Source: Pontiella sp. (lineage in GTDB: Bacteria > Verrucomicrobiota > Kiritimatiellia > Kiritimatiellales > Pontiellaceae). Taken from it: a stretch of DNA of 64,000 bases. Both the position numbers and the translations under genes were made by a program. The stretch covers positions 217,508 to 281,507 of the forward strand of contig JBNKHE010000006.1 of the NCBI GenBank assembly GCA_050290185.1. The letters run 5' to 3'. Positions 47,899 to 58,581 of this stretch are shown piece after piece. Within the stretch, counting starts at the first letter, position 1, and the number at the start of each line of letters is the position of its first letter. Under the pieces are notes generated by a model, which saw only the letters and a program-made list of their open reading frames with translations, was not told the DNA's origin and did no database searches.

Positions 47899-48208
47899 CC
47901 AAACCTTTCTGGGGATATAGCGCCGCAGGCCGGAAAATCAAGAGGCCGGATGTTTTTCCTGCACACAAGAAGGCTGTTCGATGGCCCTCCAATTTAGAGC
48001 TATTTCGGTTTCCCGCACCTCTTTTGAAAAGGTGTTTGTGGGAGATTTTACCATAAAAAAATAAATGTGTGGGGGGATTTGCCACATTATAAACAAAAAA
48101 TTAATGTAACATAAATAATATATATAAAGAAGAGTTGTATAAATATGAAGGTGGCTGGTAGAAGTATAACCTACTTGTGAAAGATGATTTCTAAAGATAT
48201 AGGGGGGA

Positions 48209-51200
48209 ATGATTATGAAACATACGAAACGATTGGTTGTTACGTTGTTTTCAATGTTGACGGCATTGGTGGCCGGGATTCCGGTTGCGCAGGCCACAAC
48301 TATCGCTCATTGGGATTTTAACTCCGTGACTGCCGCAGATGGCGCATTCATGCCGGGAAACGGGGTGCGGGCTGATCTGGACGGCGACGGGGTCATGGAT
48401 TCAGATGATTTCGTCATCAGTGCGTTCGACCTCTCGGGCAACGGAAACCACTTGACCGTATGGACCTCCGAATGGATGAAATGGAGTTTAGACAGTATTC
48501 AGGGCGATTTCAGCATGCAGTACTTCAATCCCTGTACAGCTGCGTCCACTGATTCCTCCTTCAATCCCGGTATAACTGGAACCGATGCCGAGACTATCAC
48601 CCCCTCCCAGTGGACGGTTGAGGCCCTTTTCAAACTGGAACGGCTTGATCGCTTCTGTACGGTTGTTGGTCGTGACGGCAGGTTCCCCGACAATGCTGCG
48701 GCTTTTTATCTTACCGTACGTGGCACTGACTTGGCGGTTGAATACAGAGACGTGGACCAAGCCGTTCATACGCTGCAGGTTCCGGTCAGCATGAAGCCGA
48801 ACGTATGGTATAGTGTGGCAGCCGTCAGCGACGGGACTATACTTTCCCTTTACCTCAACGGCAAAGTGATCGGTTTGCTAGACCTGACCGAAACCGGAAC
48901 AGACACAACTCTAGCGAAGGGCGATGGTACTTGGAGCGTAGCCCGGGGCATGTGGAACGGCGAGCACATCGACCGTTTTTTCGGGACCATAGACGAGGTG
49001 GCAATATCGGATACGGCCCTACGTCCGTCTACGTTTGTTATTCCTCAGATTTCGGTTGGTCCCGACAGTGATCAGGATGGCATGAGCAATGACTATGAGA
49101 ACCTCTTTAAACTTGATGCAAATAACAGCTCCGATGCACAGGAAGATCCCGATGCGGATTCTCTGGCTAACTTCGCCGAATCTATCCTGAATACGGACCC
49201 TCATGCGGCTGATACCGACGCCGATGGGCAGAACGATGATGTTGACTATGCACCGTTGAGCCGTGCGGTGATGTGGTGGGGACGTTCTGATTTAATCAAT
49301 AGCGATATTTACGACTACACTGGGCCCGACTGGTGGATCGGATCAGGAAAATTCGGCGGTATCTGCACCAATGATAGCTGGATGGTTCCGTCCGGCGAAC
49401 ACGGACAGCTCTACATTGACATAGACCGTAGTCTGGTGGTCAGTAACCTCATGCTTAACCTGTTTCATCAGGACGTGGCCGACTGTCAGGTCTACCTCGA
49501 TCTGGGCGATGGCGAAACCGTGGTGGCTGAAAACCTGTACGGGGACATAGCGGATGGTGATGGGAGCCAGGATCTGAGCCGCTTTATGCTTCCGTTGGCT
49601 GCCTATCCGACTGCCTCGCGGATCATTATCGATGCAACCGCAAATGCCGAACCCTATACGGTCTGGGCAACTACGCTGTATGTGGATGACGATGCGGATG
49701 GTCTGGATGCATTGCAGGAAGTTCAGTTCCATACGCTGGATAGCAACGCTGATACTGATGGGGACAGCTTGGCCGATTATACAGAAATCATGGTCGAGGG
49801 CACAGACCCCATTAATCCCGATACGGACCATGATGGCTATTCGGATGCGGAAGAACTTTATGGCTTGGGAAGTTCTCCTTTCGTGCCCATGTGGAAAGAA
49901 GGCGGGATGCCCGGTGTACTTCAGGTGGAACGCTGGTTCAACAGCGAAGGCATTACCATCGGTTCGCTCGCCGCCGACTGGCACTTCGGGGCCATGGCCG
50001 ACGACTGCATACTGGTGAACACCACCGAGTATGCCCCGGAAACTCTCAGCCACGCGGACCAGTACGGCATCCGGATGCGGGGCACCATCACTGCTCCGGC
50101 GACCGGTGAGTACACCTTTCAGCTTACCGGCGACGATGCGGCCCAGGTCTGGTTCTCGACGGATGCGAGCCCCTACAACCGCAGCCTGTTGCTCGATCTG
50201 AAGGCGTGGACCGGGTTCCGGAATCTTGAAAGTGTGCGCTCTCCATCCGCCAAGGTAGAACTGACCGCCGGGGATGCCTACTATTTCGAGATCCTGATGA
50301 AGGAACATGATAGGGACGAGCACGCCAGTTTGTGGTGGACCCTGCCGGGATCAACCATTCCCGAAATCATCGGATCGAACTATCTGTACAGCTACGTCGC
50401 TCCGGTCGACGACGAAGATGCGGATGGATTGCCCGATGCCTGGGAAGAAGCAACTGGTCTAGCCCCGGATCTGGCCAACGGCGGCGGTCTGCGGGATGCC
50501 GATGGGGATTCCTACTCCGATTTTGAGGAGTATTTCTATGATCTCGATCCAACCGTGCCCGACGAGGATACCGACGGACTTTCCGGCGGCGATGAAATAA
50601 CGGTAACGCTGACGGATCCGCTAAAGGCGGACACGGATGACGACGGCATTCCCGACCTGACCACGGCTCTGACGATCAAAGGATCCGACTACGTGGACTG
50701 CCGCGAAACGCATTTTGCGGCTACATGGTCGAGCGACGGCACGAATGCCATTCTCAAGGAGGCCAATGCCGCGCCCTGGGTTATATACAACCTTTCCGTC
50801 ACCAATGCCGGCATGTACCGGTTGGCGGTCGATGCCTCCAACCTCTACACCTACACGGCCGGCATACACGCCCGTGAAATCCGGCTGCTCGTGGAGATTG
50901 ACGGCACCGTGATCGATGAACTCTGGATGAACCACACCCCGGCTCTTCCCACCTACACCTGCTTTACTCCCTGGTTGTCGACAGGCAACCATACGCTCAA
51001 GCTCTCCGTTCTGACGACCTGGTGGTCGACCGGTCCCTTCCAGATCCACGGCATCGAACTGGGAGCGATCAATGGGGTGGACAGCAATGGCGATGGCATC
51101 CAGAACTGGGAGCAGGCCATTCTCGATAAGGGACTCGATAGCGATGGCGACGGTCTTTCCGATATGGATGAGATTCTGGTTTATGGTACCGGCGTGCTCA

Positions 51201-52885
51201 GTTCCGACAGCGACCATGACGGACTGACCGACAAGGAGGAACTTTCTTTTTACGGTTCCGATCCGCTCAATCCCGATTCGGATGGTGACGGAGTGATTGA
51301 TGGTGTGGAGGCGAAGGAAACCCTCACCGATCTGCTGTCGTCCGAATTTGACGGTTCGTCGGTAACCGTGCTGACGGTGCCAGGCGTCCAGACCAACGTT
51401 GCGGCAGGAAAATGGAACGCCGAAGGAACGGAGATTGTTTCAAAAGATCGCCGGGGCTATCTCGAATATACCATGGATTTTCCTGCACAGGATCTCTACT
51501 GCCTCAATATCAATGCGGCGCATCTTTGGGAAAAGATCAGTTGCTCTCCCGCCGAGCCGGTTGAAGAGAGCGCCTTCCTCGTGTATGTGGATGGCATCTT
51601 TGTCGGCGAATATCCGATGGTTGGGGCCGATGGCATCTACGAGGATGTTCGTGCCTTCCTTCCGGTGCTCCCCGCCGGGGAACACACCGTGCGCCTGTTC
51701 TGGGACAACGTCCATGTCCGGCTGGCGGTGCAGATCAAAGAACTTAAGCTCCTGACGCTCGGTGGACCGGATGAAGACGGCAACGGCGTCAAGGACTGGG
51801 TGGAAGCGTCCCTCAATGCCATGGCCGGAGTCGATGGGATCAGCCAGTCCTATGTCTCTCCCGCCTGCATTGAGGGGGATGCCCGCTATGTAGGATTGAT
51901 GGCGGTTTCGGGAGGAATCACGAATCCGCCTGCAGCCATGCAGTCGGCAGGGGAACGCTGGTATGCCGATCTCCCGCTCTTCGAAGACGGCACCACGCAT
52001 GCCATGGCGAGTTTTCAGAACGGGGCGCTCGAAGTGCCGTTCAGCATAGACTGGACGCCCTATAACATCATCGCACACAACGGGGAAACGCTCTATATCC
52101 GCAAGGGCGACAGTGTCAAGTTCGTTGCCCTTCCCGTGGATGCCAACGGGGGACAGTTTGAGCTGGGATACGAGCTTGAAGTAGGCGGTACAGTAGAAAA
52201 TTCGCCCAACACGCAGCCGCTGGTCAGGACATTCCCGGATGCCGGAACGTTTGTGGTCAACGGTACCTACACGCATGGTAACGACGTGGTTGCCGGATCG
52301 GTTACTGTTGCTGTGCTCGATGGAAGTTTCCCCGAAGAAAATCCCGCCTGTCTCGTTGGCAAGCAGCGCGAATGGACCTTTGAAGGCATGCCTGCCGGCG
52401 TTAGCTACGAAACCGATGCATCGGTTGAAATGGTGGTTCAATCAGTCCCGTCAACCAACAACCAACACTCAACAACGGTTTCATTCGAAGCCCACGACGC
52501 CAATGGGACTCACATGATGGTCGCAAGAACATCTCCCGGCGGCCCCATACTGGATGCTGTAAAGCTCTCCTCCTGCTGGATCCAGAATGCCGCCGACGGC
52601 TATTTCTGGACGATCGACTCCTTCGAGGACAGCGAGCTATGGGAAGTTGAATCCATCGAGCAGAACCTTCCGCCCACCGTGAATCTGCGAATCAAGGTCA
52701 TCGTCGGCGGAGTCATGCTGGACGACTACACATTGGAGCGTTGGGTCACGAACGCCGACTACGACGGGACTGGCGTCTACCGCTTCCGCCTGCTCCATCC
52801 GAACAATGTCGCAACCTCCGTCTGCCACACGTTCATGACCTACCAGAACGGGCAGTTCATTGGGGAAATCTTCGGTGGTGAATAG
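48209..52885 (+). CDS. Large secreted/surface protein: LamG-like, PA14 and DxDxDG Ca-binding repeats
   Basis: Signal peptide; WTVEALF...WYSVAAV...LYLNG...GTIDEVAI (LamG); YGIRMRGTITAPATGEYTF.L.GDD (PA14); many DTDGDG repeats. Confidence 0.9.
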   Translation: MIMKHTKRLVVTLFSMLTALVAGIPVAQATTIAHWDFNSVTAADGAFMPGNGVRADLDGDGVMDSDDFVISAFDLSGNGNHLTVWTSEWMKWSLDSIQGDFSMQYFNPCTAASTDSSFNPGITGTDAETITPSQWTVEALFKLERLDRFCTVVGRDGRFPDNAAAFYLTVRGTDLAVEYRDVDQAVHTLQVPVSMKPNVWYSVAAVSDGTILSLYLNGKVIGLLDLTETGTDTTLAKGDGTWSVARGMWNGEHIDRFFGTIDEVAISDTALRPSTFVIPQISVGPDSDQDGMSNDYENLFKLDANNSSDAQEDPDADSLANFAESILNTDPHAADTDADGQNDDVDYAPLSRAVMWWGRSDLINSDIYDYTGPDWWIGSGKFGGICTNDSWMVPSGEHGQLYIDIDRSLVVSNLMLNLFHQDVADCQVYLDLGDGETVVAENLYGDIADGDGSQDLSRFMLPLAAYPTASRIIIDATANAEPYTVWATTLYVDDDADGLDALQEVQFHTLDSNADTDGDSLADYTEIMVEGTDPINPDTDHDGYSDAEELYGLGSSPFVPMWKEGGMPGVLQVERWFNSEGITIGSLAADWHFGAMADDCILVNTTEYAPETLSHADQYGIRMRGTITAPATGEYTFQLTGDDAAQVWFSTDASPYNRSLLLDLKAWTGFRNLESVRSPSAKVELTAGDAYYFEILMKEHDRDEHASLWWTLPGSTIPEIIGSNYLYSYVAPVDDEDADGLPDAWEEATGLAPDLANGGGLRDADGDSYSDFEEYFYDLDPTVPDEDTDGLSGGDEITVTLTDPLKADTDDDGIPDLTTALTIKGSDYVDCRETHFAATWSSDGTNAILKEANAAPWVIYNLSVTNAGMYRLAVDASNLYTYTAGIHAREIRLLVEIDGTVIDELWMNHTPALPTYTCFTPWLSTGNHTLKLSVLTTWWSTGPFQIHGIELGAINGVDSNGDGIQNWEQAILDKGLDSDGDGLSDMDEILVYGTGVLSSDSDHDGLTDKEELSFYGSDPLNPDSDGDGVIDGVEAKETLTDLLSSEFDGSSVTVLTVPGVQTNVAAGKWNAEGTEIVSKDRRGYLEYTMDFPAQDLYCLNINAAHLWEKISCSPAEPVEESAFLVYVDGIFVGEYPMVGADGIYEDVRAFLPVLPAGEHTVRLFWDNVHVRLAVQIKELKLLTLGGPDEDGNGVKDWVEASLNAMAGVDGISQSYVSPACIEGDARYVGLMAVSGGITNPPAAMQSAGERWYADLPLFEDGTTHAMASFQNGALEVPFSIDWTPYNIIAHNGETLYIRKGDSVKFVALPVDANGGQFELGYELEVGGTVENSPNTQPLVRTFPDAGTFVVNGTYTHGNDVVAGSVTVAVLDGSFPEENPACLVGKQREWTFEGMPAGVSYETDASVEMVVQSVPSTNNQHSTTVSFEAHDANGTHMMVARTSPGGPILDAVKLSSCWIQNAADGYFWTIDSFEDSELWEVESIEQNLPPTVNLRIKVIVGGVMLDDYTLERWVTNADYDGTGVYRFRLLHPNNVATSVCHTFMTYQNGQFIGEIFGGE

Positions 52886-52954
52886 GAGAATATAGACGGA
52901 GAACAGAATTTAGTATGTTGAAAAACTAAGAAGCCATTCTTTGGGGAAATAACT

Positions 52955-54349
52955 ATGAAATATCTACATAAATACAGGGACCAGTTGTTCATTTATCTCT
53001 CGATTCTGGTCGTAGGGATCGGCTTTGTAACTGTCTTTAGCAGTTACGCGCTGAATTGCCCTCCAGGGGAGACTGAGCGGACTTGCAACTGCACTGTCGG
53101 CCCCAGTACCTGTGGTGGTAAGTTTTGCGGTACCGCTCCGGGCAAGTGCGATGTTTGCGCAGCCTTAGGCAGCGATTGCACTCTAACTCCTCCGTGTGGC
53201 AACTGCAGGTCCCACTGTAATCATGGTCCTGGCGAAAGTGGTGCTGCTGGTAGCAGCAGTTCATCCTCCTCTTCTTCCAGTAGCTCTTCTTCGAGTAGCG
53301 GTGGTGGCGGTGGTGGCGGTTCATCCTCCTCGTCTTCGAGTAGCGGTGGTGGCAGTTCATCCTCCTCGTCTTCAAGCAGCTCATCGAGCTCCTCGTCTTC
53401 AAGTAGTTCGTCTTCCAGTAGCAGCAGCTCCTCGTCTTCGAGTAGCTCGTCTTCCAGTAGCAGCAGTTCCTCGTCTTCGAGTAGCTCTTCCTCCGGTGGT
53501 TGTTCCGTGAACATAACCGCACCGACTGCTAATCAGAAGTTGACGCTATCATCGCTTAATACAACTATTATAACTTTGACAGCGACTCATACGGGGCTAT
53601 GTGGTCAAGATCCTGTTTGGGTAGCAAGTGGATTTGATTTTCCAAATGGAAATCAGGGCACGTCGGTTGCGATAAACAAAACTAGTTGGCCTGCGGATAA
53701 TTCCTTCTTTGGGGAAAAGACGGTTAACTGTAGCTGTGCTGGTGGTGGTAATGACGATGAATCCGTGAGGGTGTATTTTGATCCAGATGTTGTTATCGAT
53801 AATAAGCCAGCGTGGTTTAAATATTGGCAAAGTGTGGTGGCTGGGTTGAGCTCGTTTAACTATCAGGAGACTCTCCCCAGTGATCCGGGTTACGATACAT
53901 TTGGAGCTTGCGATTCACAGTTTAGTAGTTATTGGTATATTTCTGTTTCCTGCACGCTATATATCGCAAAAATCGCGCCCGACATAGGTGTTGCAACTTA
54001 TAGGGTTGATAATGTTGATCATGTGGTGAAGCATGAATTTGGGCACAAATTTGTGGATGAAGAATTCGCGCGGCTGAGAAAAGCAGTCTATGATACTTGG
54101 CGTTATGCTGCCACACATAATCCGTATGAGAAAGGAAGTGCCGACTCAGATGCATATATAATCCAAATCGCTGCCACGCGAGATGCGGATTTTCTAGCGA
54201 TAGATCCTGATGGAGACCAGGTTCCCATTGGGTTCGATCTTAACGCGGGCGGTGAAGATGATGAAAATTATGCGGTTTATTATGCGAATAACGCTCCATC
54301 AGGAGTGAATGACGCTGATTGGAGTAAAGGAGGCAAGAATGACAATTAG
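52955..54349 (+). CDS. Secreted protein: Cys-rich domain, poly-Ser linker, HExxH zinc-peptidase-like domain
   Basis: N-terminal hydrophobic segment, Cys-rich region, ~80-residue Ser/Gly tract, HVVKHEFGH. Confidence 0.8.
   Translation: MKYLHKYRDQLFIYLSILVVGIGFVTVFSSYALNCPPGETERTCNCTVGPSTCGGKFCGTAPGKCDVCAALGSDCTLTPPCGNCRSHCNHGPGESGAAGSSSSSSSSSSSSSSSSGGGGGGGSSSSSSSSGGGSSSSSSSSSSSSSSSSSSSSSSSSSSSSSSSSSSSSSSSSSSSSSSSGGCSVNITAPTANQKLTLSSLNTTIITLTATHTGLCGQDPVWVASGFDFPNGNQGTSVAINKTSWPADNSFFGEKTVNCSCAGGGNDDESVRVYFDPDVVIDNKPAWFKYWQSVVAGLSSFNYQETLPSDPGYDTFGACDSQFSSYWYISVSCTLYIAKIAPDIGVATYRVDNVDHVVKHEFGHKFVDEEFARLRKAVYDTWRYAATHNPYEKGSADSDAYIIQIAATRDADFLAIDPDGDQVPIGFDLNAGGEDDENYAVYYANNAPSGVNDADWSKGGKNDN
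53250..53496. repeat. Low-complexity poly-Ser/Gly coding tract
   Basis: Repeated AGYAGY-TCN units such as TCCTCGTCTTCGAGTAGC. Confidence 0.95.
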
Positions 54350-55394
54350 AGTATCTCTACTCGTAATATGTATGACCGTGGCGCTTCCAGGTTTTGCTGA
54401 TGAGACTGATAAAGTTGCAGAGGCTTTATATACCGAAGTTCAAATGAAAGTTGAAAACGACCAGTATGCGGCCGTTAGCATAGGGTATCTTCGTGGATAT
54501 CTGAAAGAAAGCGGCTCTCTTCAGGAGACAATGGATAGGTCTCTACAGCTCGCGAAGCTATACGGAGGTAAGAACCCATCACTCTATTTCTTGTTATTAG
54601 AGTGCAAAAACAAGAATCAGGTGCGCGAGCTTCTAAGGAGAGATATAGATGCTGGCGGGTGGACGCAGGATTCTAGCCCAAAGCTTTTAGTGGATCTAAT
54701 CTGCTCTTATTTTGAGGTTGTAATCGAACAACAGAAAATAGGACTAACCTCGAGTAAGAATGCGCCCTTTCATTTAGAATTTCAACTCGAGCAAGTATCG
54801 AGCAATTCCTGCAATGTTATTGTCGAAATATCGAACCAGAGCGGTAGTGGTCGTTATTTTATGAGTTCGCCCGATACGATGGATTATATCAATATCAAAC
54901 GTATTGATGGTGTAGTTGTTCCCCCTGTGCAACGCAAATCTCCTGTTGTTCCCGTATTCTTAAATTCAGGAGAAAGTATCGTTAAGAGAAGTTCTCTGCA
55001 TCTGGAGGAAAGTAATTCGTATACTTCCAGTTTGAGATATAAATATCCTAGCCATATACAAGGTATGCAGACGCCTTTTCAGTACTTTTATGGATCAAAC
55101 ATTCCTCACCTTGACATAAATGGCGAGATAATAGCTTTCGGTACTAACGCTGTTCCGTTGAATATTTCTGCAAAATATGACGAAGAAGAGCTGTATTCTA
55201 GGCTGGCAGCCAATAATTTTGATAAAAACAGAATGCCGTGGGCACAGGCCCACGAACGAATAAGAATAGCACGGGCAACGGAAACTCCGATTACAACTGC
55301 AAACGCGCCATTTCTTCAAGAACCCGTGCGTGATTGGTATGAACCTTTTTTGATTATCAGTTCAACTCCCCAAGAAGTTCTTGTTGGAAAGTAG
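54339..55394 (+). CDS. Secreted hypothetical protein, translationally coupled to the upstream gene
   Basis: AAGGAGG RBS; ATG overlaps the end of the upstream gene; signal peptide MTIRVSLLVICMTVALPGFA. Confidence 0.8.
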   Translation: MTIRVSLLVICMTVALPGFADETDKVAEALYTEVQMKVENDQYAAVSIGYLRGYLKESGSLQETMDRSLQLAKLYGGKNPSLYFLLLECKNKNQVRELLRRDIDAGGWTQDSSPKLLVDLICSYFEVVIEQQKIGLTSSKNAPFHLEFQLEQVSSNSCNVIVEISNQSGSGRYFMSSPDTMDYINIKRIDGVVVPPVQRKSPVVPVFLNSGESIVKRSSLHLEESNSYTSSLRYKYPSHIQGMQTPFQYFYGSNIPHLDINGEIIAFGTNAVPLNISAKYDEEELYSRLAANNFDKNRMPWAQAHERIRIARATETPITTANAPFLQEPVRDWYEPFLIISSTPQEVLVGK

Positions 55395-55601
55395 GTCGGA
55401 CCTGAATGGTGCTATATTAAGGCGTGGAACAACAAGGCTTCCTCAGGAGAAAAAGTTGTAAGCTTGGAGGTTGTCCTTCTGGGAAAGTTACATGATCCAT
55501 TGTTGACGGAAGGGGGCGGTTCTTTAGAAATGGACCATTCGTCCAAAAATGGGTGTTATGCTGAAGATGCCAATAGTCGGATTAATGCATAAGGGTGAAC
55601 G

Positions 55602-56651
55602 ATGAAGATCAAATTATTATCTGTGTTTGTATTGGGGTTTCTTGCAATTGGAAGTGCTAATGCATTGGAGAAAGAATCACTAACAACCTTGGCCGCACAA
55701 GGAGATCCAGACGCTCAATATGAACTGGCCTGTTCATACCAGGAGGCCGCTGATCCTCGATGCTATAAATGGTTCCTGTTGGCTGCTAAGCAAGGGCATG
55801 TCCAAGCGCAACACCATTTGAGCGTCTCATATTATCGGGATAAAAACTATGTTGATGCATATGCATGGGCGTTGATCGAAGATTTGAGCGGATATGATGA
55901 GGATAAAAAGAAGTTAGACTCAGAGTTGTTGCAGCCCACAAAAAGCGAGGCGTTTAATCGGGCAAAGAAGTTAAGCTCGGAGTTTGCCGCTTCCACTGAA
56001 ATTATCGAGGCGTTGGATTTTCATGAGGCGAGCATTCAAGACGTAGTTCTTTATGTTTCTACTTACATAAAGGTGAGAGATCTTGATTTGGACGGTTTTT
56101 CGATCAGATTAGGAGATTTTGGGAATCCTTCAATGGCTCGTCCTGTCACACTCTCGATGAGAGAGCTGTCATTGCGCAATTGTTTGGAGGGAGTGGGCGA
56201 GGCTTCTAACCTGTCGTGTCGCTTTGTGGATCGCGGTGTGGTAATTGAAGCTCTGGATTTGTCCACATTGAAGGGTCTTGACCAATATTTGAACCGACTT
56301 TTTAAGTCTATTGATTTAAGATCAGATGGGTTTGTATTTCATTTTTCCGACAGAGGTTTGAAGTATCGAGTTGAAGATAGTGAAGATAGTGAAGATAGTG
56401 ACGGTAGTGCTGGGCTACAATATGCTTCCCTGGATACAGAGGTCGTCCTCCCGTTCAGTAAAGAACTGGTAGTTAGAGATTTTAACTATGATATATTCAT
56501 TCAACCGTTAACTATGAAATCAGAACGGAAGGGCTTTTTTGTCAGAGCTGTTGCTGGCGGAGTGGATAAGACTGAAAAACGGGTTCTGTACTGGGATACT
56601 GATGCTTCGAAATCATCGCAAAGAGTGCGTTTAGCTGCTATCGGAGAATAA
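55602..56651 (+). CDS. Secreted Sel1-repeat protein with STN-like domain
   Basis: LAAQGDPDAQYELA and AAKQGHVQAQ repeats; LDFHEASIQDV...PVTLSMRELSL. Confidence 0.8.
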   Translation: MKIKLLSVFVLGFLAIGSANALEKESLTTLAAQGDPDAQYELACSYQEAADPRCYKWFLLAAKQGHVQAQHHLSVSYYRDKNYVDAYAWALIEDLSGYDEDKKKLDSELLQPTKSEAFNRAKKLSSEFAASTEIIEALDFHEASIQDVVLYVSTYIKVRDLDLDGFSIRLGDFGNPSMARPVTLSMRELSLRNCLEGVGEASNLSCRFVDRGVVIEALDLSTLKGLDQYLNRLFKSIDLRSDGFVFHFSDRGLKYRVEDSEDSEDSDGSAGLQYASLDTEVVLPFSKELVVRDFNYDIFIQPLTMKSERKGFFVRAVAGGVDKTEKRVLYWDTDASKSSQRVRLAAIGE

Positions 56652-56798
56652 ACGACCAATCGTTGCCACATCTAATTCACGTGTGCAAAAAATCCTTTTT
56701 TTGTCTTAAGCTTTAAGACTAGCGCTTGAAATTTTATTTAAAAGTGGCAGGCATTATTTCATTTATACATTTCTGATTAAAATCTCCATAATTGCAAG

Positions 56799-58340
56799 AT
56801 GACAAAGATGTTGGAAAGACTGAGATATTCCTTGCGGTTTATTGCTTGCGATTCAGGTTCTGCTTGGGAAAAATCAATTATTCATGCTGAGCTAATTGTT
56901 CTGTTGCTATGTATTTCGTATTTCGTATTTGTTGCTAATTATGATAGCCCTGCAGCACTATTTTGGGACGAAAATTATCATATTGCATCGGCTCAAAAGT
57001 ATTTAGACGGTGTTATGTACATGGAGCCCCATCCACCTTTGGGGAAGCTTCTGATTGCCCTTGGTGAAAAAATAACGGAACCGAACGGGTATATCGCTCC
57101 TGAGGAATTCAATAGTTTCAGAATTTCTGATTGTATCAAATCGGTCCCCCAGGGCTTTTCCTTTGCGGGATTCCGCTTATTTCCAGTCATTTTCGCGGTG
57201 CTTAATGTTCTTCTTATATACATGATATTATTTGTATTGAGCAAAAATCCTCTATTTTCTTTTTTGTTTAGTTTTTCATATTTGTTCAATAACGCGGTGG
57301 TTGTGCATTTTCGAGGAGCAATGCTTGACGGTATTCAACTATTTTTTATTTTGGGAGTTGTTCTGTTCTGGCTTTTTCAGGCGGAGAGGCGGGAGCATAT
57401 TCGCTGGCACAGCTATATTTCAGGCGGAATTATTGCCGGGCTTGCCATGGCGGTAAAACTGAATAGTGCGATTATTCTCCCATTGTTTGTGCTCATTTAC
57501 TGGTATGAGGTGAAGGATGTATTCTTTCATTCACTCAAGTCGAAGAAATATTCTTTGCTATGGCAAATTTTCCTCAAAGGCTTAGGGCGTGCATCTCTGG
57601 CCCTTGGATCCATTGCATTTGTTTTCTTCCTTGTCTTTTTTATTCATACTTCCCTGGGAAAGTCCATCGGAGGGAATACCTACAATGCTTCCTCAGAATA
57701 CATAGAGATAATAAAAAAAGGTGGGGTAGGCGAGCTGAAGAATTTTCCTGTAATGATGAGAGATAACTGGGAGTATATGTCTCATTATCATGAGGGTGTT
57801 CCCAAGTCAGATGACAATGGGAGCTATCCCTTGGAATGGATCTTGATGAACAAATGCATTAATTACAGATGGGAGAGTGATGGTACATATGTGCGTTACC
57901 TTTATCTTGTAGGAAATCCTCTTGTTTGGTACGCAGCTATTGCAGGAGTTCTCCTGAGTTTGTCTCTGGTTCTTACCCATTTTATCTTTGCTGGGGTAAT
58001 AGAGGATAAGCGTCTGTTTCATTATATTTCGTGTTTTCTGGCCCTATACTGTGCGTATATGTGGGCAATGAGTCAGATAGGCCGGGTTATGTATATGTAT
58101 CATTATTTTATTCCTCTGCATTTTTCTCTAGTGCTTTTTTTTCTTGTTTTTCTCTATATCTTTCAGTCGGGCTTGAGGGGCGGGTCGCTAAGAATTTACA
58201 GTTGTTTGTTTGTTCTATTATTTATGCTTGGGAAAACATTCATATTTTATGGTCCACTTACATATTACAAGCCAGTTTCCAGCCAGCAATTTCAGGAGAG
58301 GGTTTGGAGCGAACACTGGGGATTGCGGGATGTTAAATAG
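56799..58340 (+). CDS. Lipid-carrier-dependent protein O-mannosyltransferase (PMT/GT39-like)
   Basis: FWDENYH, HPPLGKLLIALG, SYPLEW, GNPLVW and RVMYMYHY motifs. Confidence 0.9.
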   Translation: MTKMLERLRYSLRFIACDSGSAWEKSIIHAELIVLLLCISYFVFVANYDSPAALFWDENYHIASAQKYLDGVMYMEPHPPLGKLLIALGEKITEPNGYIAPEEFNSFRISDCIKSVPQGFSFAGFRLFPVIFAVLNVLLIYMILFVLSKNPLFSFLFSFSYLFNNAVVVHFRGAMLDGIQLFFILGVVLFWLFQAERREHIRWHSYISGGIIAGLAMAVKLNSAIILPLFVLIYWYEVKDVFFHSLKSKKYSLLWQIFLKGLGRASLALGSIAFVFFLVFFIHTSLGKSIGGNTYNASSEYIEIIKKGGVGELKNFPVMMRDNWEYMSHYHEGVPKSDDNGSYPLEWILMNKCINYRWESDGTYVRYLYLVGNPLVWYAAIAGVLLSLSLVLTHFIFAGVIEDKRLFHYISCFLALYCAYMWAMSQIGRVMYMYHYFIPLHFSLVLFFLVFLYIFQSGLRGGSLRIYSCLFVLLFMLGKTFIFYGPLTYYKPVSSQQFQERVWSEHWGLRDVK

Positions 58341-58581
58341 ACAGAATATTTTAATAATACTGACACTTATTCTTAGTATAAGCATTCTTATTTTGACTAG
58401 ATAGTTGATCGTTCAGTGTAGCAGGGTGATGTGTGCGGTTGGGTGTTGTGCCCAAATATTCGGAAACAAATCCTCGGATTAAGTCAAGATAACGGAAGCT
58501 TATGTAGGACTGATCTTATTTATAAGTTCTTTCGATGCAACTTATCTAGGCAAGATCTATAGATAGTTAACTTTTGATGAG

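Noticed and set aside
53037..53522. Repetitive minus-strand ORFs (EDEELLL-type and KTRSCC-type)
   Set aside because: Alternative readings of the poly-Ser tract.
56373..56399. GAAGATAGT x3 tandem repeat
   Set aside because: Trivial in-frame microsatellite (EDS repeats).
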